From: Candidatus Aenigmatarchaeota archaeon | GTDB lineage: Archaea > Aenigmatarchaeota > Aenigmatarchaeia > QMZS01 | Assembly (NCBI GenBank): GCA_023134135.1 | Contig: JAGLVB010000003.1 | Location: 16,630-80,629 of the forward strand | Direction: 5' to 3' | DNA length: 64,000 nucleotides | Shown: in pieces, positions 9,778 through 19,338 of the stretch | Position numbering within the stretch: position 1 is the stretch's first letter | Layout of the letters: the number at the start of each line of letters is the position of its first letter | Made by a program: the position numbers and the translations under genes | The notes under the pieces: model-generated | Told to the model about the DNA's origin: nothing | Databases searched by the model: none | The model's input: only the letters and a program-made list of their open reading frames with translations

Positions 9778-12411
9778 ATGAATCTGACAGGTCTCACCCA
9801 GAAAGATGCTGAAGAAAAACTAAAATCTTATGGATATAATGAAATTACAGAACCAGATAAGATTTCCGCTCTGAAAATATTATTAAGGCAGATTAAAAAA
9901 AATTTCATGATTTACCTGCTTTCTGCCGCAGCATTAATGTCTTTGTTTGTTGGGAAAACAATTACAGGATACACAATATTTGGAATTATATTCCTGCTTA
10001 TTGTCATAGGTTTTATTCAGGAATTTAAGGCTGAAACTGCGGTAAAATCTTTGAAACAAATGATTACACACACATCAGTTGTAATAAGAAATGGGAAAGA
10101 AACTGAAATTCCTTCGCGGGAAATTGTCCCGGGAGACCTACTTGTTTTAAGAACTGGAGAAAAAATTCCCGCTGACTGCCTGATACTCGAAGAAAAAGAA
10201 TTAAGAATTAATGAATCTATATTGACCGGAGAATCGCAGGAGATTAAAAAATACAAAATTGCAAGTGAAAAAGATTATAATCCTCATAATCAAATATTCA
10301 TGGGAACACATGTTGTTAATGGTAAATGCATCGCCCGCGTATTGCATACAGGTATGAACACCGAATTCGGGAAAATAGCTGGAATGATTTCCAAAGCAGA
10401 AAAAGAGTTGCCTCTGCAGAAAAAAGTGAATGATATTGCAACCTATATGGCATTCATAGCAATAATGGTGTCTGCTCTGACTGGGGGTATTATGTTAATC
10501 AGAAGTGTGCCTTTTTCATACACTTTGGTAATTGAAGTTTTTATTGTTGTTATTGCGCTTTGCGTATCCGCATTCCCCGAAGGGTTGCCTGTTGTGCTCA
10601 TATCTGTCCTTGCTTCAGGTGCATACAAAATGGCAAAGAAAAATGCAATTGTGAGCAGGATGTCTATAATAGAAACTCTTGGAGAAACCACGGTAATATG
10701 CACAGACAAAACAGGAACAATAACAAAAGGCGAGATGACTGTGAAAAAAATATTTGCAGATGATGTGTTTTTTGGAGTTACTGGTGTTGGATATGATTCA
10801 AAAGGAAAATTTCTTCAAAATAACGAAGAAATAAACCCAAAAAAGAATGTTGTTTTAAATCTGCTTTTAAAAACAGCAGTTTTATGCAATGACGCAAAAA
10901 TTGAAAGAAAAGGAACCAACAGTGCATATAATATTATAGGTTCGCCAACAGAAGCGGCTTTATTAATCATGTCTGCTAAAAGCGGAATTTTTATGGAAGA
11001 TATGCAATCAACAAGAAAAGAAGAAATATCCTTTAACTCTGAAAGAAAAATGATGAGTGTTCTATGCGAAGAAGAACATGAAAAATACATTTATTCAAAA
11101 GGAGCGCCGGAAATATTAATCAACCAATGCACTTATATCCAAAAAGGAAAAAAGAGCATCAAATTAACAAAGAAAGAGAAGGAAGAAATCTTAAATATTA
11201 GCAGGGAGTTGGCATCAAAAAGATTCAGGGTTCTCGCAATTGCATACAAGCCCGCAAAATCATTTAAAAAAAACGGATTTGAAAAAGATATGATTTTCCT
11301 TGGTCTGGCAAGTCTGGAAGATTCGCCAAGAGATGAAATCAAAGAAGCAATAAAATCCTGCAAAAGCGCGGGGATAGATGTTAAAATGATTACTGGAGAC
11401 AACAAAGAAACTTCAGTTGAAATAGGGAAAGAAATTGGATTAAATGGTAAAATCATAACCGGTGACGAACTGGATAAACTTACAGATGATGAACTCGCAA
11501 AAATAGTAAATGAAACAACAATATTTGCAAGAGTTAAACCCGGGCATAAACTAAGGATTGTAAAAGCTCTTAAAAAAAATGGCGAGATTGTTACAATGAC
11601 CGGGGATGGGGTAAATGATGCGCCTGCATTAAAAGAAGCCCATATAGGCGTTGCAATGGGTATAAATGGTACTGATGTTTCAAGAGAATCCGCTGATTTG
11701 GTTTTAAAAGATGATAATTTTGCCACTATTGTCTTGGCAGTTAAAGAAGGAAGGACTATATTTATCAACATACAAAAAGCTGTAAGCTATATGCTTTCCT
11801 GCAACCACGCAGAATTATTTGTTATATTTTTCGGAATTCTGTTTGGTCTGCCACTGCCTCTTATTGCGTTGCAGATTTTATTTATCAACCTTGTCACAGA
11901 TGATTTGACTGGGCTCACCCTCGGTTTCAACCCATCCCCCTCATGGATTATGAACACAAAACCTCGAAAAAAATCAGGGATTTTAAACAAACAATCAGTT
12001 ATGATGTTTGCAATATCAGGACTAATCATCGGAGTAGGCACGCTGGGAATATTTTATTCAACTTACACAAGCTTATTATTCCAAGGGGTTGCTGAAGAAC
12101 TTGCCAAGTCAACAGCGAGAACTATGGCTCTTGTCACTTTAATATTATTTGAAATAGCAAATGCATTTAACTTCAGGTCTTACAGGACCCCGGTATTTAA
12201 ATCATCTTTATTCACAAACAAATACATGGTATATGCATCTTTGCTTGCTTTCTTAGCGGTTTTATTAGTTCTTTACACACCATTAAATATTATGTTTAAA
12301 ACTGTTCCTCTAAGTTTAGGTAACTGGATTATTGCAATCCTCACAGCTTCCTCTTTAATAGTCATATTTGATTTCCTTAAGATTATGAATAACTGGAAAA
12401 AGATATTCTGA
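9778..12411 (+). CDS. Cation-transporting P-type ATPase (type IIA, Ca2+-like)
   Basis: TGES, PEGL, DKTGT phosphorylation site, KGAPE, MITGD, GDGVNDAPALK. Confidence 0.95.
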   Translation: MNLTGLTQKDAEEKLKSYGYNEITEPDKISALKILLRQIKKNFMIYLLSAAALMSLFVGKTITGYTIFGIIFLLIVIGFIQEFKAETAVKSLKQMITHTSVVIRNGKETEIPSREIVPGDLLVLRTGEKIPADCLILEEKELRINESILTGESQEIKKYKIASEKDYNPHNQIFMGTHVVNGKCIARVLHTGMNTEFGKIAGMISKAEKELPLQKKVNDIATYMAFIAIMVSALTGGIMLIRSVPFSYTLVIEVFIVVIALCVSAFPEGLPVVLISVLASGAYKMAKKNAIVSRMSIIETLGETTVICTDKTGTITKGEMTVKKIFADDVFFGVTGVGYDSKGKFLQNNEEINPKKNVVLNLLLKTAVLCNDAKIERKGTNSAYNIIGSPTEAALLIMSAKSGIFMEDMQSTRKEEISFNSERKMMSVLCEEEHEKYIYSKGAPEILINQCTYIQKGKKSIKLTKKEKEEILNISRELASKRFRVLAIAYKPAKSFKKNGFEKDMIFLGLASLEDSPRDEIKEAIKSCKSAGIDVKMITGDNKETSVEIGKEIGLNGKIITGDELDKLTDDELAKIVNETTIFARVKPGHKLRIVKALKKNGEIVTMTGDGVNDAPALKEAHIGVAMGINGTDVSRESADLVLKDDNFATIVLAVKEGRTIFINIQKAVSYMLSCNHAELFVIFFGILFGLPLPLIALQILFINLVTDDLTGLTLGFNPSPSWIMNTKPRKKSGILNKQSVMMFAISGLIIGVGTLGIFYSTYTSLLFQGVAEELAKSTARTMALVTLILFEIANAFNFRSYRTPVFKSSLFTNKYMVYASLLAFLAVLLVLYTPLNIMFKTVPLSLGNWIIAILTASSLIVIFDFLKIMNNWKKIF

Positions 12412-12463
12412 TATTTTCCAGAAAAAAATATGAATTATTGACTAACTGGAAAAAGAAATAGGA

Positions 12464-12856
12464 TTATCTTTTAAGAATATCCTGAGAAAAATCAAGTTGA
12501 TGCTCAGGAATGCCAAGAGATAAACCATATTTTACAAATTCATCATATTGTTCTTTCTTGTAACGGTCTACTTTGAAAATTTTATTGCGGAAGATAAAAT
12601 AATGGATTTTTTCATTTTTATAATCAGCATACCAATTACTATGTTTTGAATCAATAGAATTACTCAATTCTTCCGCAACTTCATCAGCCTGATTTTCTAA
12701 AATCTCAACTGTATGCGAGGTCCATTGTTTTAAATAAGGGGTATTATGTTTTTGAGTAACTTTTTCAATTTTTGTTTTGAGAATTTTTATTTTCTTTAAA
12801 ACATCTTTATTCTCAAGACTTTCTTCAATTATTACACCAACAAAGTGTCTTTCCAT
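12464..12856 (-). CDS. Hypothetical protein
   Basis: 130-aa ORF; GVIIEESL...WYADY...YGLSLGIPEHQLDF pattern looks conserved but function unknown. Confidence 0.65.
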   Translation of the reverse strand: MERHFVGVIIEESLENKDVLKKIKILKTKIEKVTQKHNTPYLKQWTSHTVEILENQADEVAEELSNSIDSKHSNWYADYKNEKIHYFIFRNKIFKVDRYKKEQYDEFVKYGLSLGIPEHQLDFSQDILKR

Positions 12857-12874
12857 AAATAAATCTAAAAATAT

Positions 12875-14389
12875 TTATTTAAAATTTCTATCCTCTTTAT
12901 TCTTTGATTTAATATTTAAAGGTTTGCTGAATTTCTTTTCTACAATAGTCCTGTGAATAGCATTATATGAACAAAAAGGAATTATCCTATCATCGAGTGT
13001 AGAATAATGAACAACACATCTTTGAACTCTCTGGCAATCAAAATTATATCCATCCATAAAATGCATGGCGCCAATCAATATTGATTTTTCATAAAATACT
13101 GCCAACGCATTTTCGTCTCCTTTCAAAAAATTAATAGCAAGTTTAATCATATTTATTGATTTTGGCATTTTTGTTTTATCAACCAATTTTGGAATTTCTT
13201 TTATAATTTTACTCATTGCTTTTATCTTCCAGACATAACGATTTTTTTCTTTATCATTATTTATTTGTTTTATCAAATTAAAAAAACTATCAATATCAAC
13301 GAATCTTGTTATAGGGATTATTTTTCTGTCATCTATATAAATATAAGTTGCAGAACCGCACGCAGGATGACAAGAAAATTTTGTTATTTGTTTGTTTTGC
13401 AGTCTCTCAAAAAATAAACTCAGAGGAATCAAAGAAGGAACGGAATAAAAATCATCTGGTCCTATCTGTCCTTTCAGTTGCTCTTCAAGCAAATGCATTA
13501 AATCAGACTGGGTAATTCTCATTTTTTTAAGATCTTTTTCATCAACCCGTCCTGCAAATGATAATGGCTGAAAATTTACCGTAACAACAACATCAGAATT
13601 TTTTACAGCAAATTTCACTATCTCTCCTACCTCTTTGTCATTAACTCCTCCAATCAATGTTGGGACCAGAATAACCTGATTAAAATTTATTTTCCTGCAA
13701 TTTTCAATAACTTTTAGTTTTATTGGAAGCGCATTGAAACCGCGTATAGTATGATAAGGTTTTTCTGTAATACCATCAAACTGAAGATATACCACATCCA
13801 ATCCAGCTTCTTTTAATACAGCAATATAGTTTGGATCTTTTGAAATATTAATGCCATTTGTCGCAATAAATATCTTGATAAAACCCATCTGTTTTGCCAT
13901 TCTGATTATATAAGGTAAATCTTTTCTCATTGTTGGTTCTCCTCCTGAAAACATAACTGCCCTGCATGGAACCGGTTTTTCATTTATCAAATTATGCAAC
14001 ATTTTCTTTAATTGCTTTATAGTCGGCTCATAAACATATCCGCAAGCCTCAGCATTAGCAAAACACACAGGGCATTTTTGATTGCATCTGTTTGTAACAT
14101 CAATGATTCCGAGAACCGTAGGGCTTTTGTGGTTGTTGCACAAACCGCAGTCATAGGGGCATCCCTTTTTTTTATGAGTGTTTGGATTTTCCAGCCCGGA
14201 ATTATCGTATTTATCTTTTAAGAATCTATTAAATATTTTTGCATCTCCATAATACAGGTCTTCAAAACCGCCATGCTCTTTGCAGGTTTTTTTAATGATA
14301 ATTTTATTGTTTTTTTCTTCTATCTCCGCATCAATTACCCCCAGACATTCCGGGCATAATGATTTTATCTTCATTCTCATATTAATCAT
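12875..14389 (-). CDS. tes: Radical SAM enzyme of the tetraether lipid synthase (Tes / GDGT-MAS, MJ0619) family
   Basis: N-terminal CPEC...CKEH metal site, GCPYDCGLCNNH auxiliary cluster motif, CNQKCPVC radical-SAM motif, SGGEPT, YLQFDG, CHPAC, MHFMDGYNFD..RVQRCVVHY, IIPFCSYN. Confidence 0.85.
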   Translation of the reverse strand: MINMRMKIKSLCPECLGVIDAEIEEKNNKIIIKKTCKEHGGFEDLYYGDAKIFNRFLKDKYDNSGLENPNTHKKKGCPYDCGLCNNHKSPTVLGIIDVTNRCNQKCPVCFANAEACGYVYEPTIKQLKKMLHNLINEKPVPCRAVMFSGGEPTMRKDLPYIIRMAKQMGFIKIFIATNGINISKDPNYIAVLKEAGLDVVYLQFDGITEKPYHTIRGFNALPIKLKVIENCRKINFNQVILVPTLIGGVNDKEVGEIVKFAVKNSDVVVTVNFQPLSFAGRVDEKDLKKMRITQSDLMHLLEEQLKGQIGPDDFYSVPSLIPLSLFFERLQNKQITKFSCHPACGSATYIYIDDRKIIPITRFVDIDSFFNLIKQINNDKEKNRYVWKIKAMSKIIKEIPKLVDKTKMPKSINMIKLAINFLKGDENALAVFYEKSILIGAMHFMDGYNFDCQRVQRCVVHYSTLDDRIIPFCSYNAIHRTIVEKKFSKPLNIKSKNKEDRNFK

Positions 14390-15489
14390 AAAACATAACC
14401 GTTCGTATCCTCAACCAAACCAAACCCCGAACCTAATTTACTCATATCAATATCACAATCTTCTATCAATAAATCAGTAACCTCGCATAAGTATTCCAAA
14501 TAACTAAAAGAACCAAGTTTTTCAAACACAAATTTATGCGAAGAATATGATTTTAAAGAGACAAAAATTTTGCCTTTATTAGCCGTAATTATCCATCGTG
14601 GATTCTTCTTTCCAAACTTCTTTATATTCAAATCTTTAAAAACATATTTTTTATTTTTTGCACTATCATAAAATTCAAACATGGACTGAAATTTATGCTT
14701 AAATTTTGATATTTGTACTTTTATCTCAAAGTAAGTTAATATAGAACCATTTGAAAATACAATTCTCCCCCACCTCCATGGAATAAAAGGGCCAATTACA
14801 ACAACTTTTTGAACATAGCATTTTCCACTAAACTTTTTTTTATTTAGCATTCCTGTAAAATCGAAATATAAATCTATCAAAGAATAACCCGCAAATGACT
14901 TAAAATAAGTGCTAAAACCAAAATAATCCGATTTATCTTTTGGTTTGGTCATTTTCAGATTTACAATTTCTTTGTTTTTTTTGGATAAATTAAGAGAATA
15001 ATTTGGGAATTTTCCTTTGTAATTTATCTTATTTTGCTTATCAAAAGCCATAATACCCTCGTGATTTATTGATATTGAACCTTCTCCTTCCAATATCAAA
15101 TCTTTTTTATTATCGTAACTCCAAGCATTCATATACCCGTTTCTTATTCCCTTACCTTTTATGCATTTTACTTCTTTTTGATTAACTTTAAGAGTCCCTG
15201 AACTGTCTCCGAACATTGCAAGAAGTTGTCTTTTATCTTTAGGTTTTGTTGATACAAATTTCATGAACCAATATTCTTTCCCTGTAGGGGGCAAATCTTC
15301 AAAACAAAAAAACATAGGGTCAATTTCATGAGTTGAAGTTTTTGTCTTTTTAAGCTCAATTAAGGAATTATACTTCGAATTAATCTGTTTAATTTTTTCT
15401 TTTATAATCTTTTTTTCAATGGGGGACAACATCTGAATGGATTTATCCAATATATTAAACATATCACCAGTCATTTTTTTTATTTTCAT
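14386..15489 (-). CDS. Hypothetical protein, possibly tocopherol-cyclase/CrtC (lipocalin-like) beta-barrel
   Basis: Beta-rich, aromatic-rich; EYWFMKF and G.CYVQKV..IGP.IPWRWG resemble that fold; overlaps both neighbours by 4 nt. Confidence 0.5.
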   Translation of the reverse strand: MKIKKMTGDMFNILDKSIQMLSPIEKKIIKEKIKQINSKYNSLIELKKTKTSTHEIDPMFFCFEDLPPTGKEYWFMKFVSTKPKDKRQLLAMFGDSSGTLKVNQKEVKCIKGKGIRNGYMNAWSYDNKKDLILEGEGSISINHEGIMAFDKQNKINYKGKFPNYSLNLSKKNKEIVNLKMTKPKDKSDYFGFSTYFKSFAGYSLIDLYFDFTGMLNKKKFSGKCYVQKVVVIGPFIPWRWGRIVFSNGSILTYFEIKVQISKFKHKFQSMFEFYDSAKNKKYVFKDLNIKKFGKKNPRWIITANKGKIFVSLKSYSSHKFVFEKLGSFSYLEYLCEVTDLLIEDCDIDMSKLGSGFGLVEDTNGYVL

Positions 15490-16217
15490 AGTTTATCCCT
15501 TTTATTAAATTTAATATTTGTATCTTTTTCCAATAACCCATCTCTAATCCTTATTACTCGATCAAAATATTTTATTTGTTCTGGTTCGTGGCTAACCATG
15601 ACAATTGTCTGTCTAAAATGCTTATTAAAATGTTTTAGTAATTCTAAAATAACTTTTCCTGAATCAGTGTCAAGATTTGCAGTTGGTTCATCAGCAAACA
15701 AAATTGCCGGTTTGTGCACCAGCGCTCTCGCCATTGCCACCCTTTGTTGTTCCCCACCAGACAGTTCATAAGGATGATGAGATAATCTTCCTTCCAATCC
15801 AACTTTTTCAAGAAGCGACTTTGCTTCTTTGAGGTAATAAGTTCTAGGTTTGCCTAACATACGCAAAGGCAAATAAACATTTTCCAATGCTGTTAGTTCA
15901 GGAATATTCCTGTATTGCTGAAAAACATATCCTATTTTATTCAACCTAAAATAAGACCTATCTATTTCAGACAATCTATTTACATTAACCCCATCAATAA
16001 TTATTTCTCCGGTAGTGGGATAATCCAACAATCCCAATTGATGCAAAGCTGTGCTTTTGCCGGAACCAGAAGGACCCATAATACCAACAAATTCTCCTTC
16101 ATAAATCTCAAAACTAATACCTTTTAATGCTTTTGTCACTACAGAACCCATTGTATAATGCTTTGCTAAATCCTGAACCTTAATCAGGACCCTCTTCCTT
16201 GTTGTTTTTTTATTCAT
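15486..16217 (-). CDS. ABC transporter ATP-binding protein (LolD/MacB type)
   Basis: GPSGSGKST, IGYVFQ, LSGGEQQRVAMARAL, ADEPTANLD; probable start MNKKTT at 16217. Confidence 0.93.
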   Translation of the reverse strand: MNKKTTRKRVLIKVQDLAKHYTMGSVVTKALKGISFEIYEGEFVGIMGPSGSGKSTALHQLGLLDYPTTGEIIIDGVNVNRLSEIDRSYFRLNKIGYVFQQYRNIPELTALENVYLPLRMLGKPRTYYLKEAKSLLEKVGLEGRLSHHPYELSGGEQQRVAMARALVHKPAILFADEPTANLDTDSGKVILELLKHFNKHFRQTIVMVSHEPEQIKYFDRVIRIRDGLLEKDTNIKFNKRDKL

Positions 16218-16221
16218 AATT

Positions 16222-17448
16222 CTAACCTCTAAATATAGCATCTAAAATATTTTCTTTTATTGCTCCTTGGGCCGGGAAAAAACCAGCTACTAATGAAGAA
16301 GCTAATAATATGGAAAATGAAATTATATAATTTGAGGATTCAACTATTGGAACAACTTCTCCAATAGGCATAATAATTGGATTAACCGTAAAATATCCTA
16401 TTATAAATTTTGTAAGGATAAACCCAAAAGTTCCTCCCAACACTCCATAAAAAAAAGATTGGATGACATAAGAAGTAAGAATAGTTTCTTTGTTAATACC
16501 CATTGCTTTCATAATGCCAATCTGCGTTCTTTTGTGTAAAACATTAATATAAATCATTATATATATGGTAGCAAATGCTATGATTATTCCAATCAGCCCT
16601 GTTAATTGGCTTACAATTAACATACTATCAGTGAATTGGGACAACACACCTAATTTCTCCTGCCAGGTCCAAATTCTTCCGGTAATCCCAAATTGCTTGA
16701 GTTTATAAATAACAGCTTTCTCCATTCCTCTTTCTTTGGTTTTTATCATGATTTCTGTAGCAATATTCATTTCTTCATCAGTGGCATTAAAAACCTGTTT
16801 TGCTTCTTCTTTTGTAATGAAAACATAAAAATCAGTAGCTACAAAATTCTGACCATAAATTCCCCTGACTTTAAGTTGTTTTGTAACACCATTATCAAAA
16901 GTAACCATAATTTTTTCTCCCGCATCTATATCAACCGCAGGGAATGCTTCCTGCATCCTGTATTTTTTTGTTATATCCGCGCCAATGAGAATTTCCCCCT
17001 TGGTATTTTTAGATAAATAACTTCCGCTAATGATATTTTCGCGCAAAGAAGATGCTGTTGCTTCTTTTTCAGGGTCAATAACTTTTAATTGCGTGGGGGC
17101 TTTCGTGCCATATTTGTCAGTTAAGATAACCCCTCGATTTATATGAGGGCTTATTCCAACAACGCCCGGAATAGCCAGCGCCTTTTTCTCAATTTCATTC
17201 ACATTTTGAATGTAATCCTCATCAGATTTAGGTTCTATTAAAATATTCCCTGTCATCATATCAATAGCTTTGTCTTCAACCTGAAATTTTAGACCCATTA
17301 TAACGCTTGTTGAAAAAACTGTGCTTAAAAATCCCAAACCGATAATAACTACAATCATTATCAGCATCTTCTTTTTGAATAATAAATTTTTTATGGCTAA
17401 GAAAAAAGCAACATCCAACCCTTCAATTATTTTTTTAAACCTTAACAT
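16222..17448 (-). CDS. ABC transporter permease (FtsX/LolC/MacB type)
   Basis: One N-terminal TM, large extracytoplasmic domain, three C-terminal TMs, QIGIMKAMG motif. Confidence 0.9.
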   Translation of the reverse strand: MLRFKKIIEGLDVAFFLAIKNLLFKKKMLIMIVVIIGLGFLSTVFSTSVIMGLKFQVEDKAIDMMTGNILIEPKSDEDYIQNVNEIEKKALAIPGVVGISPHINRGVILTDKYGTKAPTQLKVIDPEKEATASSLRENIISGSYLSKNTKGEILIGADITKKYRMQEAFPAVDIDAGEKIMVTFDNGVTKQLKVRGIYGQNFVATDFYVFITKEEAKQVFNATDEEMNIATEIMIKTKERGMEKAVIYKLKQFGITGRIWTWQEKLGVLSQFTDSMLIVSQLTGLIGIIIAFATIYIMIYINVLHKRTQIGIMKAMGINKETILTSYVIQSFFYGVLGGTFGFILTKFIIGYFTVNPIIMPIGEVVPIVESSNYIISFSILLASSLVAGFFPAQGAIKENILDAIFRG

Positions 17449-17460
17449 AATACAAAAACA

Positions 17461-18636
17461 TTATTTCTTTCCTTTTTTCAAAAATAATGCATAAACCAAA
17501 ACTCCAATAATCAATATTAAAATAATTGCAAAAAATATTATTTCATAATTATTGTCTTCCCTTACCAATAATTCAAGTGTTTCTGAAAGTTCATGTTCGC
17601 CAAGATCATCTTCGTAAGTGACTTTAATTGTAAAATTATGCTTTCCTGGTTCTGAAGAAATTAAAGTAAATATGGCAGGAGCATCTTCACCTTCGCTAAG
17701 TTTTCCTATATACGCTTTATTTTGCCCTTCAAACCCATCATTTTTTAAGAATACCTGAACATTCTCAGCTTCGCCTTCTCCTAAGTTTTCAATTCGAACT
17801 GTAATAAATGCATTCTTTCCTGAGATGATTGGTTGAGGCTCAACAATAACTGCTGCAAGGTCAAGTTTAACTTTATTCAATAATTTTAATCCAAGAGATT
17901 GTTCAAGTAAGTACTCATTGGATTTCTCATCTTTGTAAGTTAAAATAAATGCTAACTTTTGAGGTCCCGGAGCATTAGAATCAGAAACCATAAACTGAAT
18001 ATTTTTCAAAGTTGTCATATTTGGTTTTAATTCATCAAGGAAAATAAGATTTGAACCCTCTATAACAAAGCCCTGAGTTTGCGGGACAAGTTTTATGTTT
18101 CTGGCTATTCCAGTGCCAACATTTTTAATAGTAAATTCCGCATTAAATAAACCATCAGGGGCAATGGAATTATTTAACAAAACTGCATTAAATATAATAT
18201 CCGGTTCCCCAATAATCCTAACAAATACCTTTTTCTCATGGACTATATTTCGTTCTTTAATTTTGAAAGTAATTGGATATTCTCCGGATTTTACATCCGG
18301 CAACACAGTAAAATAATAAAGATTGTCTTTTGAACCTCCAACACCAATGCTGAAAGGTTTATCAAAATCATCATCTTTTCCTGTAAGAAAAAAGGCATCA
18401 CTTTCTATAAAAGCAATACTAACATTTTCCGCTCTTTCTCCGCCATCATTATAAACCCTTAACTGCACTGTAAAATCAAGTCCTGGCTCCACAGGATAAG
18501 GGGTTATACTTTCAGCAACAGTGTTTATTACAGGAGCATCTATATCATAAAAAGATCTGCCGGCATTTACACTTGTTATCATTAACAACATTGCTATGAC
18601 TGCAAACACCAAGATTCTATATTTCATTCGTCTCAT
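17461..18636 (-). CDS. S-layer-domain (COG1361/CARDB-like Ig repeat) membrane-anchored protein
   Basis: Signal peptide, three repeats of N.G...A.N[VI], C-terminal TM plus basic tail; typical partner of this ABC type. Confidence 0.8.
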   Translation of the reverse strand: MRRMKYRILVFAVIAMLLMITSVNAGRSFYDIDAPVINTVAESITPYPVEPGLDFTVQLRVYNDGGERAENVSIAFIESDAFFLTGKDDDFDKPFSIGVGGSKDNLYYFTVLPDVKSGEYPITFKIKERNIVHEKKVFVRIIGEPDIIFNAVLLNNSIAPDGLFNAEFTIKNVGTGIARNIKLVPQTQGFVIEGSNLIFLDELKPNMTTLKNIQFMVSDSNAPGPQKLAFILTYKDEKSNEYLLEQSLGLKLLNKVKLDLAAVIVEPQPIISGKNAFITVRIENLGEGEAENVQVFLKNDGFEGQNKAYIGKLSEGEDAPAIFTLISSEPGKHNFTIKVTYEDDLGEHELSETLELLVREDNNYEIIFFAIILILIIGVLVYALFLKKGKK

Positions 18637-18667
18637 TAATATATTATATTTAAAGTTATTTAAGTAG

Positions 18668-18685
18668 TTTCAGTTTTTAGTGAAA
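18668..18685. promoter_or_regulatory. Putative operator palindrome TTTCA-N8-TGAAA upstream of the ABC/Tes operon
   Basis: TTTCAGTTTTTAGTGAAA just upstream of the TATA-like element of 18636; half-site TTCAGTTTT recurs at 19202 upstream of the regulator. Confidence 0.35.
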
Positions 18686-18701
18686 TTAGAGGATTAAAAA
18701 A

Positions 18702-19187
18702 TCATCCTAACAATTTATTTATCTTTTCGCCGGTAATTTTTTTCATAACTATCATTTTTCCAAACCAATTAAAATACCGTTCCATTTGTTTGTATTCATT
18801 TTTTAATTTAAGCAATTTTGGATTTTTATTAATGCCTTTAATCTGTTCCAAACCATTAATTAATGGTTTAACATCGCATTCTAAGAATCTTTTGATTATT
18901 GCATTAAATGCTTCTATAAAAGACATGGCAAGTTCGTATAATTTTTCTCTTCCTTTACCTCTAACAGACCTAATCATGTTTAACTTCTCAAGAATTTTAA
19001 GACTTGGACTGACTAAACTTAAACTATATCCTGTTTTTTTTGCTATATCTTTTTGGGATAAATTGGAATCTGCAAACAAAAGAGTTGCCCACACTCTCCC
19101 TGTTGGCTCCCCAAGACCCCATTGTTTTGAAATTTTTCCAATTCTGTCAATAAAATCTTTCTCATTTTTAGTTATATTTTGCGCCAT
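18702..19187 (-). CDS. GbsR/MarR-family transcriptional regulator
   Basis: WGLGEPTGRVWATLLF...LSQKDIAKKTGYSLSLVSPSLKILE winged HTH. Confidence 0.85.
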   Translation of the reverse strand: MAQNITKNEKDFIDRIGKISKQWGLGEPTGRVWATLLFADSNLSQKDIAKKTGYSLSLVSPSLKILEKLNMIRSVRGKGREKLYELAMSFIEAFNAIIKRFLECDVKPLINGLEQIKGINKNPKLLKLKNEYKQMERYFNWFGKMIVMKKITGEKINKLLG

Positions 19188-19338
19188 TTTTATTCACAAA
19201 GTTCAGTTTTCAATAGGTTATCTCCAAACATAATTATAAATATTTCTTTTTTATTCTTATTTTGAATATTTGCTTCGCAGAGATTTATTGAAATTGAAAA
19301 TCTTATTAAATATAATAAATGAGGGTGGATAAATTCAA

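Noticed and set aside
11133-11771. Long antisense ORFs (e.g. 11133..11771, 6229..6726, 24778..25239, 56406..56897, 32960..33397)
   Set aside because: Shadow frames opposite well-supported genes; no motifs
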